From Octopus bimaculoides (taxonomy: Eukaryota), in contig NC_068991.1 of assembly GCF_001194135.2 (NCBI RefSeq), positions 50,819,725-50,878,652 of the forward strand: a DNA stretch of 58,928 bases. The letters run 5' to 3'. The notes beneath the pieces are model-generated. The model ran no database searches. It was not told the origin of the DNA and saw only the letters and a program-made list of their open reading frames with translations. The position numbers and the translations under genes were made by a program. Below are positions 1 through 12,950 of this stretch, piece after piece. The first letter of the stretch is position 1. Each line of letters opens with the position of its first letter.

Positions 1-56
<56 letters not shown>
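1..56. repeat. (TA)n microsatellite
   Basis: Direct TA dinucleotide run at the window start. Confidence 0.95.
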
Positions 57-739
57 CTGGTTAGCTTAAAATAGGTTGCAGCAGATAGACCAATCAGCTT
101 CTACCTAGTATCTCCTATTGGGATGTCTGTCAAAGACCTGTAGAATTACTCATGATACATTAATACCCATGGAAAAAGTAAATAATGTGTATTGGGTTAT
201 CAAACACTGTTGAGTAATGTAAGAGACTCTATATAGTCACTCAACTGTTAGAAATAACAGCCAAATTTCCTTTAATTTCATCCTAGGATCTTAAAAATAA
301 AAGGAGACATTGTACCATGTCTGGAACAACTTTGATTAGTGGTCTGCTCAATCAAAGCTGACTTTGGGTTTAAAAAAACATAATTGTTGAAATATTTTGT
401 GGTTTTTACTGCAAGAATTTACATGTTCTTTTGTTATTTCCATTGCTGTGGCCCAGACTTATCTTCTGAATATAAACTTTTCTGTCATTAAATTCTTAGA
501 ATTCAACTTTTATTCCTTTAAAATAATTTATCTTTGAAGGAAACTCTTCATTGTTCTTGTTTATTTTATTAAACTTATTTCCTTTTTTTTTTTTTGTGTC
601 TTGGGAAAGTCATTATGCCATTAATAATAATAACAGGTTTACTAATCCAAAACTTGGTTCTTTGGTTTGGTTTCTCTCAAAATTATTAAAAAGACTAACA
701 TCTGTATTGTTTTAGGTTGATTTTTGAAAATTTACTTTC

Positions 740-1107
740 ATAGGTGCAGATATGGTTGTGTGGTAAGAGGCTTGCTTCCCAACCACATGATTCTGGGTTC
801 AATCCCCCTGTGTGGCATATTGGGTAAGTGTCTTCTACTATATCCTCGAGCAAACCAAAGCCTTGCAAGTGGATTTGGTAGAAGGTGACTGAAACGTATT
901 ATTATATCTATCTGTGTGTGCCTTTGTGTTTGTTTGTCTCCCACCACTGCTTGACAATCTATGTTGGCTTGTTTATATCACTGTAAATTAGTGGTTCAAC
1001 AACACAGACTGACAGAATATGTACCAGGCTTTAAAAAAATGTACTAAAAATTCTTCAAGGCAGTACCACAGCATGGCTGCAGTCTAATGACTGAAACAAG
1101 TAACAGA
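740..1107 (+). mobile_element. tRNA-derived SINE, family A (octopus OR/OK-type), old copy
   Basis: Same head (tgtggtaag...aaccacatg...ggttcaatccc), core (gggtaagtgtcttctactata...aaagccttgcaagtggatttggtaga) and tail (gactgaaacaagta) as the young copy at 27342-27744. Confidence 0.8.
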
Positions 1108-1819
1108 TGAAGATTATAATTTATAAATATGGTTGCTACCTTTATTTGCAATCTCTTCATATCTTGATAGAGAAGACTATTTTTTTTTTTATTTGACAAA
1201 CTTCAATTGCAGTTTGGAAACACTTAGAGGGAATGATCAGAATATATTTTCAAAGAATATGACATGATAAATCTAAAAATTCCTTCTTCATTGATGTGAC
1301 AGTGCAAAAAATAAACCATTTCTCTGGGATTGTGACTATGAATTTTCTGACCAATAATTGACTAACTTGTAATAACAAGAAAATTCAGAGCTTGAAATAT
1401 AGTTATGGTTAATGTCTCATAAATTAAAAAAAATTAAGATCACATCTGCATAACACTTCAAAATTCTAAATGCCATTTCTGTAAAATGAGTGAGGTTTCT
1501 GTTTCTTAATTTCCCATTGTAGTATTGATAATGCTTTATGAAACACAATTTTGCAAGGGATATGTAGAGACAATTGAGTTTAATGCCCATATATTAATGG
1601 TATTGGCCAACCTCAAAGACATAAAGGACACTGTTAATCCTGGAAGATTTGAAGTCAAAATTTAAAAAAACAGTTTAGTATTTCAAAGTGAGAAGGAAGA
1701 GTTTGTGTAGAGAAAGGGAATGTTTTCAAGTTAAACAGACATAAAAATATTTTTTACTGGAACCTTTAGAAAGGAAACAAAGACTGTTTTCAATAAATTA
1801 ATAAAATAAAACAGTGAGC

Positions 1820-2560
1820 TAGCTGAATCATTAGCATGCTAAGCAAAATGCTGCGCAGCATTTTGTCCATCTTTATGTTCTGAGTTCAAACACTGCTGAG
1901 GTTGACTTTACCTTTTATTCTTTCAGGGTTGATAAAATAAGTATCAAAATTGCTGGCTTTGTGCCAAAATTTGAAATCAATATTAAAAGAACTAAAGGCA
2001 GCAGGCTGGCAGAATCATTAGTACACTGGGCAAAATGCTTAGTGGCATTTCATCTGTCTTTGCTTTCTGAGTTCAAATTCCACCAAGGCTGAGCACTGGG
2101 ACCAATGTATCAACTTACCCTCCACTCCGTAATTACTTGTCCTGAGCCAAAATTTGAAACCAATTAATTAATAATCTTTCTTTTAATATTAAATGAACGA
2201 AACAGGAAGAACAATGATTGTTATCTCTCCTTGACCTCCACTCCTCTACTGCTTTATCTATGTTTTACTTCAAGATTTATTTTAATAAAAGTACTTTTGT
2301 CTTCAAATTCCCTCATCAGCCTCTGACATGTATCTCATACATTAACAACCTTAAACTTTGGCCTCCTATTTATTGTCGTTTGGAAAAGTTTAAAAGTATT
2401 AATAATGGTAAAAAAAAAAATCTTAGCACAAGATCAACAAATTTAGGGGAAGGGGGTTAGCTGATGACATCAACCCCAGCACTTGACTGGTACTTTATTT
2501 TATTGACCCCCAAAAGGATGAAAAGCAAAGTTGACCATGGTGCCATCAAGCATTTTTGTC
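1820..2560. mobile_element. Cluster of three ~200-bp family D SINEs (two +, one -)
   Basis: Recurrent motif gagctggcagaatc...ttctgagttcaaattc...gactttgcctttcatcc...gccaaaatttgaaacc, with A-box and B-box-like segments. Confidence 0.75.
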
Positions 2561-2941
2561 CAACACTTTAATGATTCAGCTAGATTGCCACTTTTGAAAG
2601 TATTATTAATACAAGCAAAATACAACTCCTGTTTTTCTAGAATAAAAGTTTATTTACTCATAAATAGCTCCCCAACTTCACATTCAGAAGTCAACAACTA
2701 AAATCTATTTTGATCAAATAATTTATATTTCTTTTTCTCTGTTCAAACTTGTTTCCTTTCAATTACTTTTGAAGACACAGAGGCAGAATTTTGATTGTAA
2801 ATATATAGAAAAGGAAATATTTGCATAAAAATATGACTCTTATCTTTTAATTGTTTCAGTCATTGGACTGTGGCCATGCTGGAGCACTGAATTTGAAATC
2901 ATGTTGTTGGGAAAGGAAGTAAGCTTCTTATACCACAGCCA

Positions 2942-3017
<76 letters not shown>

Positions 3018-3482
3018 GTATGTATGTATGTATTAGATTGATAGTTTGGGAAAATCCCAACAACTTGAAGTGAGAGCATGACAGAATTTCAATTAAAGTA
3101 GTTCATTGTTTGGGCAATCACAGGAACTCTTCTTATTTTCTTCATATTTCATTGCAATTAATGAATTGTTCTTAGTGATATCAATGTGAACAACTCCCTT
3201 TTGAAATCCAGTATCTTACCCACTTGCTAATTCCTAAGTTGTTAGCATATCAAATATCTAACTCTAGGTGTGATGTCATATTGTAGTGTAGAGAAGACAT
3301 TCGTTTTTGTTTGTCAGTTTAAAAAAAACTGAAAATCTGGAAACAGAAACAAGCAGTTTAAGGCCTTCATCTTCCGTAAAGCACTGCTTGTATTTTGAGT
3401 AAGCACATGTATGCTAAGGGTTCTGTTCTGCTCCATCTCTGAATGCAGAAACTATGGTCAGGTCAAGTGGTGAAGCAACTCT

Positions 3483-3662
3483 AACCCTTTTTATAAAATG
3501 AATCCCGTATTATAATTGCAGGTTTGAGATTTCAAAAATGTGATTGTTTATTTTAGAATGACATTGCAGGGTAGGTGTGAGAGGTTAGGTCTGGCTAGTT
3601 TGATCATAAAACAGGTAGTGTATTTGGGCTGGATATGACCAGTTTAATGCTAAAGGGATAAA
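3483..3662. mobile_element. piggyBac-like MITE, degenerate
   Basis: Ends resemble (T)TAACCCTTT...aatgctaaagggATAA. Homologous to 46859-47080 and 38497-38903. Confidence 0.6.
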
Positions 3663-3821
3663 GTTGTTTTGGCACCTTCCACAACTACTAAGATTATAAT
3701 TCATGTCAATACCTGTAAACCAGACAAATTTTAAATTATTGGTGGGTTAACTGTTTTATTTCATTGCTATTTAATGTACTACTAAATATATATACTATAT
3801 TATAGTACTATATGTAGTTCT

Positions 3822-4160
3822 CTGAGACTCCCTTCGGTCATGACTGACCATGGGATTGCACGTAGAAAGTTACCCTCCCAGGCACAAGTCCAGGCAATGT
3901 TTGTTTATGGAAGACCAGCAGTTGTCCATGCATACCGGCCTCCCCTCTCCATGCCACCAGTGTTATCCAAGGGAAAGGCAAAGGCCGATACAGCTTGGCA
4001 CCAGTGATGTTGCAATTCATTTTTACAGCTGAGTAAACTGGAGCAATGTGAAATAAAGTGTCTTGTGCAAGAACACAACACGCAGCCCAGTCCGGGATTC
4101 AAGCTCACAACCTCACGATCGTAAGCTCTACACTTTAACCACTGAACCATGCGCCTTCAC
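3822..4160 (-). mobile_element. tRNA-derived SINE, family C
   Basis: Minus-strand head gaaggcgcatggttcagtggttaaagtgtagagcttacgatcg. Homologous to 44515-44850 and 55325-55682. Confidence 0.8.
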
Positions 4161-4206
4161 TATTATATGTAGTATATTGCTATATAATATACTATAAAAC
4201 ATATCT

Positions 4207-4280
4207 ATGAGGGAGTGCTGAAAAGTTCTTGGTTTGGGGTAAAAGAAAATACAAGATCAGATAATTATGATTTTATTCAA
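4207..4280. mobile_element. Mariner-type TIR fragment
   Basis: ta-tgagggagtgctgaaaagttc resembles a mariner terminal repeat following a TA target (compare 12951). Confidence 0.45.
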
Positions 4281-4849
4281 CTCACCCAAGGTGCCATACA
4301 GTAGTACTGAACCCGGAACTATGTGGTTGGGAAGCAAGCTTCTTACTACATAGTCAAGTTTGCGCCTAATAACAAATTGACTAGCAAATTTGAATCTCAG
4401 ATCTCTCAGTTGCTGTGTGACTAACTCATTGATTATGCCACATTAATTTGAGTTGCATTTTCTCTTAAACTAGGAATAAATGTTGTTATACATTGAGCTG
4501 GACTTGTAAAGTTCCTTTATGTCTGTTTCTTGGGTAATTCCTCAGCCAGTTAGCTTTGGTCAGAGATAACCTTAAGAACCTCATTATGGTCTGATGGAAT
4601 AATATACCACCATCTTCATTCTTAATATCTCATACAATAAGGCACACCAGACTAAATGCTTAGTCACATTCCATTTGTGTTTTTGTTCCAAGTTCAAATC
4701 CCACTGAGGTTGACTTTGCCTTTCATCTTTTTGGGGGTTAATAAAATAAGCATCAACTGAGTACTGGGGTCAATGTAATCGATTTACACCCTCCCCTAAA
4801 GTTGCTGGCCTCGTGCCAGATTTGAAATCAATATCTCATAGTATCGGTT

Positions 4850-5112
4850 ACTCTCTGACAGGTGTATGGTCAAGCCTATGTCAGTGGGCACCTCTGGCAT
4901 TTTTGGCCCCTGGGTCATATCACTGCTCACCGCTATTGGGGTAGAGATAGCTATCTGCAAGTGTGAGCCCAGTGAGTCAGAGTGGTTGTTCCAGTGCATC
5001 TCCCTCACCATCTTCCAGGACAGAGCCATTTCCATTTTGTCTGCTTGGACCATGAGGTGGTCTGAATTACAGCAAATGTAAGAATTTCATAGCTTATTAC
5101 TTGAACAATAAA
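4850..5112 (+). mobile_element. CRE-clade non-LTR retrotransposon, 3' end (REL endonuclease C-terminus) plus AATAAA
   Basis: ORF 4866-5081 KPMSVGTSGIFGPWVISLLTAIG..EPSESEWLFQCISLTIFQDRAISILS matches the P.AVET.G..G....L..IG....EP.E..WLFQR.S.AI.RGNA pattern of REL-endonuclease elements (recognised from family knowledge). Confidence 0.7.
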
Positions 5113-5225
5113 GTTATACAGACACATTCATGGATTCTGAAAGCTACGGACGTCTGATTCAATATGTGACTGTTATTGATGTTGTTATCCAAACTCTAAT
5201 AATGGAACTTTTGTTTCTTTGTTAG

Positions 5226-5248
5226 AAGCCAACCTCATATCGCATACA
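5226..5248 (+). other. Candidate 23-nt micro-exon
   Basis: ctctaat branch-like site, then tttttgtttctttgttAG|AAGCCAACCTCATATCGCATACA|GTAAGT. Confidence 0.3.
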
Positions 5249-5517
5249 GTAAGTTATTCTATTCAATTATTTAATGTTTGATATAGCAAGATATCTCATC
5301 ATGTTTTATAGCATAATTAGAATATTCCATCTTGAATTTAATGTATTTCTGAGAAGTAATCTTATGAGTATGAAAAGTTGATTATAATCTGAATTTTCAG
5401 ATATAAATAATATCAATCATTATAGATTTATGAATACCAATTAGAGATAAAACAATTACTTGGCAATCAAGAGATTTTGAGATCAATTTCAATTGCGTTT
5501 TATTTATCATCCTAAGC

Positions 5518-5551
<34 letters not shown>

Positions 5552-6579
5552 CGTCATATGGGTGCATATATTGTAACTGCATCACTGCATCTACCATCTG
5601 TTGGTGATTCCCTACTATTTCTGGTGAGTGACACCTCTACACCACTCAGGCAACAATCCTCCAGTCCATGAGTCTGGGGTATTTGTTGCTGGTGAGAGCC
5701 TTTTATGTGGTTGGAGCATAAATCCTACCGTAACCTCTTTTAGTCACATTTTACAACATACAGAGGAAACGTTGGGTCTATTCTTTGACATGCCAGTTCC
5801 CACACAGCACTAAAGCAATGTAAAATGAAGTGTTTTGCTCAAGAGCACATGCTGCCCAGTCCAGTGATTGAACCTATGATCTGTTGGTTGTGAGTGCAAT
5901 ACCCTAACCACTTGGCCATGCACTTTCACCAAGCTATGAGGACTGAGAAAAAATTTTGTCATTATTTGTATTAAAAAAATCTTAACTCAATTTTATTGTG
6001 TGTGTGAATGTGTGTACATATGTGTGAATGTGTGTATGTTTATGTGTACATATGTTTATGTTCATAGCTTTTGGGATTGTGCAAATTAAACTGGCCTAGA
6101 ATCTTTGCAGTACTTTTTCTGCATATTAACTCCTATGGCCACTGGTCAATGTAAATTTAGGAAGATTATGCCACACTGATAAGGTGTAAAAGGCAGAAAC
6201 ATGTCTGCAACTGTTACCTTCTTTACTGACAGAGTCAGGTTAATCTCCAAAATATGAAAATTCAATTTTCTGTGAAATTAATTCTTAATTTCTTGAAGTT
6301 ATCTCCCCTTTTCTCTGTAAGTCCCTACCAATTAATGGCCTTGAGGGTTTAACTAAAGGGCACATGAATCAAATGAACAAAGTATTTCTATGTCTGTCAG
6401 TCAGTACATCAGCACTTACCTGGATTAAATATTAACTTGGATATGTATAATTTGTATATGCATTTACAGTCGCATGCACACACATGTGCACGTGCACACG
6501 CACACACACACACACAAACAAACACACACAAATCACAACCAAAAGTATATACATGAAATATAGTTAAGTCTAATATATT

Positions 6580-6675
6580 TGCATGTATGTATGTATCTCT
6601 CTATATATCTATCCATCTATATATCTGTCTGTCTGTCTGCCTATCCGTCTGTCTATCTATCTATCTATCTATCTG

Positions 6676-6714
<39 letters not shown>

Positions 6715-6816
6715 CTGTCTCTGTCTCTATCTCTTTCTCTCTTTCTCTCTCTCTCTTTCTCTCTCTCTCTTTCTCTCTCTCTCTTTCTCTCTCTCTCTTT
6801 CTTTCTNNNNNNNNNN

Positions 6817-6883
<67 letters not shown>

Positions 6884-6903
6884 TATATATATATATATAT
6901 ATA
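6580..6903. repeat. Compound (TATC)n/(CT)n/(TA)n microsatellite with an N gap
   Basis: Directly visible. Explains the three overlapping low-complexity ORFs. Confidence 0.95.
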
Positions 6904-7227
6904 TAAAATTGCTGTCTGATACTTTGAATTTCTCAAAATTCTTCTAAATGACATTTGGATCTACTTGTCATATATGAGGAATTACTTAGAATGTGTATTC
7001 TCCTTAGATTTACTGGTGTCTGATTGTTGGACATAGCTAGCCAAATTCGTTTAAAACTACTTTAGTAATATCTGCCAGGATTTTTGATCCCTTTTTTCTT
7101 CCTATATATATATGTATGTATGTGTGTATATATATATATATGTATATAATATACATACATATGATATATATATATATAAATATATATATCTATAAATATA
7201 TATATATATATACACACATATATATTG

Positions 7228-7265
<38 letters not shown>

Positions 7266-7279
7266 TGTATATTTATATA

Positions 7280-7717
7280 CAGGATGCGGTAAATAAATTG
7301 TCTAAATTATGCAAGAATGAAAATAACACTGACATTTCATTTTAACAGATATATTTACTAAAATTACATAAAAATATCTTGAAACACTAAAGAGTAAATT
7401 TATTCAATAAAATCACCATTGGCTTCAACCACGGTTTTCAGATGACTTTAGGGTTTCCTGCAACTCTTCTGGACATTCTCCTTGTTTCAGTTGGTGAATT
7501 CTGCCATAATCCTTGCCTTCAGTTCATCTTTGATGTTACAAGGAGATTTGTTGGTCTCTCGCTCAACTGTGCTCCACACATAATAATCAAGAGAAGTGCA
7601 GTCAGGGAAGTTAGGTGGTCAGATATTAGGGTGATGTGGCCTCAGAAATTGTCTGACAAAATGCACATGTACGAAATAAAAAATATAAAATGGCGACAAT
7701 TTACCCATCGCACCCTG
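7280..7717 (-). mobile_element. Tc1/maT-type non-autonomous DNA transposon (internal deletion derivative)
   Basis: Imperfect TIRs cagg(a/g)tgcg...aaattgtc with TA on both sides. The minus strand encodes I*PPNFPDCTSLDYYVWSTVERETNK...LKTVVEANGDFIE*, a decayed WPPNSPDLNPLDY..W transposase C-terminus. Confidence 0.85.
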
Positions 7718-7769
7718 TATGTATGTGTGTGTGAGTGTGTGTATGTATGTGTGAGTGTATGTGTGTGTA

Positions 7770-7822
<53 letters not shown>

Positions 7823-8879
7823 TTTAAAATTACTTTGAACAGGCAATTAAATACAAAGTAATTCACTTAACTAAGAGACAACTGATATGTTAGTATAATG
7901 AAACCTCAGTTGTGAGGTAAAGTAAATTGTTTCACATCCACAACCATTTATCGTTCTCTAATTAGGATATTCTGTTATCTAAGAGACACTAAACAGAACT
8001 TCAAAGACGGAGAATGATGATGTTTAATGTCCTTAAAATAGATCAGTCAGAATATACTGAGGCATTCCTGCAAAACCTCTTATCTGGAATGTCAAAGAAT
8101 TTAGTAAGAAGTGAGGTTATATGATACAAGAATGGGAACTTGCAATATATATGTATCTATATGAGTAACCTTTTTCTTTATGGATCAACATAAAACACGC
8201 ACACATGCACACACTTAAATCTATACATACACCCATGCATGTATACAAATTCACTGATGTGTCTATTAGACTTGCAGTTATGTTCTTATGGATCATTGCG
8301 TAAAGGATGGTGAAATCAAGGGTATCTGTTCCTTGATTTTATGTCTACTTTGCTCATCTCATGCACATACACATGCATGCATGTACATGCACACACACAC
8401 ACACACATTTATATATAACATTCTGTATATCTTACTATCTTACTTGATGCGGATATACTATAGAAAGCCAATATACTATAGAAAACTATAAAATTGTGAT
8501 ATTCTTTTTGAGAAAGCATTTCCTATAGATGTTTAGTGCTAAAAAGCTTAGAAGTACCAGTAGTAAATGAAAAGCTACTAATTGCAGCAGAGGAATTGTT
8601 AAATGTAGATTTCTGCATCTTTAAGTGTCATCAGTAGCAGATACCCTCTATCAACTGCATGTTTTGGCATATTTCATTCCTACTGATATAGAAAAGCAGT
8701 GATTAACAAATCACTGATATTGCAAATAGCTAGTGAGCTGAATAAAAGTTCATTATTAGCAACAGAAGCAGTATTAGTTCAAAATAACATTAATTAATGA
8801 GTGTAAGGTTTTGAATTTTTGATATGATTTGAAGACAGGAATATGTAAGGAAGTGATATTGAGAATTAATTTCTTTTTG

Positions 8880-9160
8880 GACTTATTGAGGATGATGGGT
8901 TTGTATGATGTTACATCGTTTAATGTTTTGCTGAGCTTTAAGAACTAATTTGATATTGTCCCACTTTTATATTCTTGGAATTCAAAGGTGTTGGTATGAA
9001 GCGTTGTAGATGTTAGGGAGTGGAATTATTCCCTCAAGCCTTTAAGGGTTTTAGGTGTATGTCTGGTGTTTGTGATTTTGGTTGACACCAATGCTTTGGA
9101 GTTTTGAGATTTCCCTATTGCTGTTTAGGTGTCAGATGGAAGATACGGAATCAAAGCAAA
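8880..9160 (-). mobile_element. Possible highly decayed retroelement ORF fragment (Penelope-like?)
   Basis: Frameshifted pieces IIPLPNIYN and LSKTLNDVTSYKPIILNK loosely resemble the PLE RT-EN linker. Weak match. Confidence 0.25.
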
Positions 9161-9598
9161 GCCATGTGCAGAACAATGATAAAAATGCTATAGAATTGCA
9201 TAAATGTGACAAAAGGTAAGAATCTTACATAACTGATACAAAAGATGTGATCCCTATCTAAAGATATTTATGCAGGGGGATATGGCAAAATGTTTGTAAC
9301 AAAAAACATAACTGAATGCAATTGAAAGGAAGGATAAGCCATGATTAAAAGTGATAGTAGTTAGAAGAACTGACTGTAACATAAAACATGACATACAAAT
9401 AAAACTAGTAACAAACAGTGAAATGTTTCAATAAAAATATCAATAAGTTGGAAGCAATTTTTTTGTTTTTTTGGTTTGCTATTTTGTTGAAGTTATTTCC
9501 CCAGCAGATAAATAATTGAATATAAATAGAGAAGAGTATTTATGGATGAGTTTCTTGCAGTTTCAATGCCAAGATTAAATAGCCTGTATCAATTTGTT

Positions 9599-9684
9599 TT
9601 AACAGTATGAATCTCCATAGCAAGTAATTATGGAGATCTCAGCATGTCTCTTTAGCCGAACGTTCTCCATGGCTTCCATTGGTA
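9599..9684 (-). CDS. Candidate terminal coding exon of an unidentified minus-strand gene
   Basis: Strong acceptor ttttccttttctactctcAG|TACCAATGG. Depending on phase it reads YQWKPWRTFG*, VPMEAMENVRLKRHAEISIITCYGDSYC* or TNGSHGERSAKETC*. It keeps two CpGs in CpG-poor surroundings. Confidence 0.4.
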
Positions 9685-10809
9685 CTGAGAGTAGAAAAGG
9701 AAAATTCAATAATATTCTATATTTATGGAAATACATAAAATAAATTACAAAAACTTGAAGGTTTGTTGAAATATTCTACCCCAACATTTATTGTTTCATT
9801 CAATTTCATAAATTTCCTGCTGGTTTCATAGGTTCCAATACAATAATCCTCTTCTTTATTTCCTTTGCTGACAGGCAAATACAGAAAGTTGATGTGTTTT
9901 GTCCTACATTTAATGCCAGAAATATGAAAGGTGAAGTTGACTTCAGAAGGATTCAAATTCAGAACATAAAAGGCATTCATTAAATGTTGTAGGCATTTTA
10001 TCTGATGTTTTTATAATTCTACCAATATATTGTTTGTTACTTGCAACTCATTATATTCTGAGTTCAAACATTGCTAAGGTCGACTTTGGTGTTCATCTTT
10101 TGTGGGGCTGAAAAAGTAACATGCTAGTCAAATACTAGGATGACTAACATCCACCACTACTAAATTTCTGGCCTTGTGCCCAAATTTAAAAGAATTAAAT
10201 ATTACTGTATTTACAACTGCTATATCAAAGTTTAGTCTACCTTTCACACAACTTACTATCAAAAATAAAATCTGATTTGAGTAAAAATAAGATTTCCCTT
10301 ATCAACTTGGCAACAAGCATCAACTCAATGTCTGTCTTTTATACTTTTAAGATTGACATTTCACTCTATGACTACATCAAATGTTTGGTTGGAACTGGTC
10401 AGACAGTGGTAGAATTACAGTGTTACTATTCAAACAATTGTCTTCTACAGTAAAATGGTTAGGATGTTGGGCTCACGATCATAAGATTGTGGTTTCAATT
10501 CCTGGACTGAGTGATGCATTATATTCTTGAGCAAAATTCATCATTTCACATTGCTTCAGTCCACTAAAGATGGCAAAAATGAGTAATCCTGTGATGGACT
10601 GGTGTCCCATCCAGGTGGGGAATTTATACAACATGGAAACCAGGAAACTGGTCCTTATGAATCAGCATGGCTCAAGGAGGTAACTTTACCTTTACTTTTA
10701 CTTCTACAGTAATTTCTTCACAATAAAAACAGGAACACCAGCAGAAGAGATAAATACTGGGCCACGTTTTCTTTCTCAATTTCTACTTTAAGTTATTTTT
10801 CCACAAAGA

Positions 10810-11995
10810 CTAAACAATGAACAACTAACCGTACTGGTGGCCAATGCCCTTGCATCCTTAATTGAAAAGCTCTGGACTGTTTTCAACCCAGTGGTTGGGA
10901 ACAACTGTTCTAATTTGCTCTATTCGTCCTTGGTTTTCCCAACACTGGTGCCAATTGAGATGGCCTGTCAGCAACAGCTTTAGTCAGGACTAACATTTCA
11001 TCCTTCAGGCAGGTATCCATACCCAGTGTGTCCAAACATGCAGCACTCCACTCATTTGTACACACATAATCCTCCACAACTGATGTTGGTTTAAAGAGTT
11101 ATCATGACCAGGTAAACATCAATCTTATTGAGGGTGATGTCTTGGTTACTGTCAAAGTAGTCGCCTCTGATGAGGAAGTATTGGCTGCCTCTGGCTCTAA
11201 AATCCTGAGCCACCTGCAGACCTCAGACCAATATCTCCACCTGAGCCTTCAGCCACTATATGTGGCCTCTGGGAAAGACATCCTCTCTCCTCTGACGTCT
11301 TCTCTTGCTGGTAGCAGTGAAGGTGTTGATTGTCTCTGACCTGACCACCTCAAAAACTTGCTGTCTCTCGTTACTTCTGAAGCCAGGTGATGCCTACTGA
11401 TTGCAATTATGGCTCTTATCAACTAGTTCATTCACAGCTCCCTGGTCCCTTATTTTCAAGGCCTCTTTTTTTTGGCCTACCTAATCATTCTCAGGAAGAA
11501 GGATGATAACATATGCCCCCATCGCCGTGGGCAGTGTCTTCTGGAGGCTTGCAGCCAAGGTCATATGCAAGTATGTTGCACCTGAACTAGGTGAGGAACT
11601 TAGCCCAGTGCAGCTGGAGATTGATGTGGCCAGTGGGTTCAAGGGTGCTGCCCATTCTGCTAGACAGTTCTTCAATGATTGTCCACTTGAGCTGACATCA
11701 AGTGATTCCAAGCACCTCATTGTCAAGTTTGACATGAAAAATGCCTTCAACTGTCTGCACTGCAGACATTTGTACAAGGCCTTCCTCAGCTATACCCCAT
11801 CGGCCTACCCACTGGCTTACCTGCTATATAGATCTCTGAGCATGCTTCTCACAGTGCATAAGGTCATATTATCTTCAACTGGCATTCAATAGGATGATCC
11901 ATGGGGCCCCACCTCCTCTTAGCTCTCAAGGTGGACAGTGTTGCTTAGAGTATCACAGCTCCCTTCAATATCTAGATGATGCAACAATAGGCAGG
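10810..11995 (+). mobile_element. CRE-clade non-LTR retrotransposon reverse transcriptase, degenerate
   Basis: PIAVGSVFWRLAAK, PVQLEIDVASGFKGAAHSAR, IVKFDMKNAFN, GIQ*DDPWGP (normally QQGDPLGP) and YLDDATIG, interrupted by stops and frameshifts. Confidence 0.85.
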
Positions 11996-12009
11996 CCTGT
12001 AGAAATTGA

Positions 12010-12650
12010 CTGTTATGAAGGGGTAAGTCAATTACATAGACTCCAGTGCTCAACAGGTACTTATTTTATTAATTGTGAAGGGATGAAAGACGAATTTGAC
12101 TTCAATGGATTTTGAAAGCTTGAAAATTGATGAAATGCAACTAAGCATTTGGCTTGTCAGATTAACAATTCTGCCAGCTCACTACCTTAATGTCTCCTTA
12201 AATATTGCTATATGAAATCTCATAGGCAATGATAGTTCCTAGACCTATTCAAACATTGAAATGTGGAAATGAAAAGAATGACGAATAAAGAGTTTACAAA
12301 GTTTAATTTTTGTGTGTGACACCTCTATTATTGTTTTCAAGTGCATCCTGCATGGAGTTTTGATCTGTGAAGGAAAGGTAATGGGATTTCTGTTTTTAAA
12401 CTTGTTGTTGTTTCCAATCTTATTATTATTATTGTATAAGTGATGAGCTGGAACATTCATTAGCACAGACAAAATACTTACCAGTATTTTTTTCTGGTTC
12501 TTTGCATTCTGAGTTCAAATTCCACCAAGAATGATTTTGCCTTTCATCCTTTCAGAGTCAATAAAATAAGTACCAGTCAAGTACTAGGGTCGATATAATG
12601 GACTTTCCCACTTAACTTGAAATTGCTGGATTTGTGCCAAACTTAGAAAG
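12010..12650. mobile_element. Two family D SINE copies (12010-12190 on -, 12450-12650 on +)
   Basis: Family D core motifs in opposite orientations. Confidence 0.7.
12323..12364 (-). CDS. Candidate 42-nt symmetric exon
   Basis: Acceptor cattacctttccttcacAG|ATCAAAAC...AATAGAG|gtgtca (weak donor). Open in phase 0 (IKTPCRMHLKTIIE) and phase 1 (DQNSMQDALENNNR). Confidence 0.25.
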
Positions 12651-12950
12651 AATGATTCTTGTAAAGTGTATTTTGTTGGGTTCTTAATAAATATTATTGT
12701 CTGATGAAGATTTGTGTGTGCCTTTGGTGAATTCTTTGAAGACATTTAACAGACTTGCCTTAGATAGAGGGGGTTTGGGCAGTGTTTCTCTCATTTACAT
12801 CTGTCATGACAAATTCAGGTGCTGAGAGAGACTTTTCTCTCTGTTGAAGGGTTAGCATTCAACCAGCAGTCATGCTGTGACAAACCTGTTTTCTTTTCTG
12901 GCAAACAATATACAGTATTAGCTCATACTCTATATTTAACTTTTACTATA

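Noticed and set aside
6416-6426. ACTTACCTGG as a U1 snRNA 5' end
   Set aside because: The downstream sequence does not match U1. It is just the complement of a donor site.
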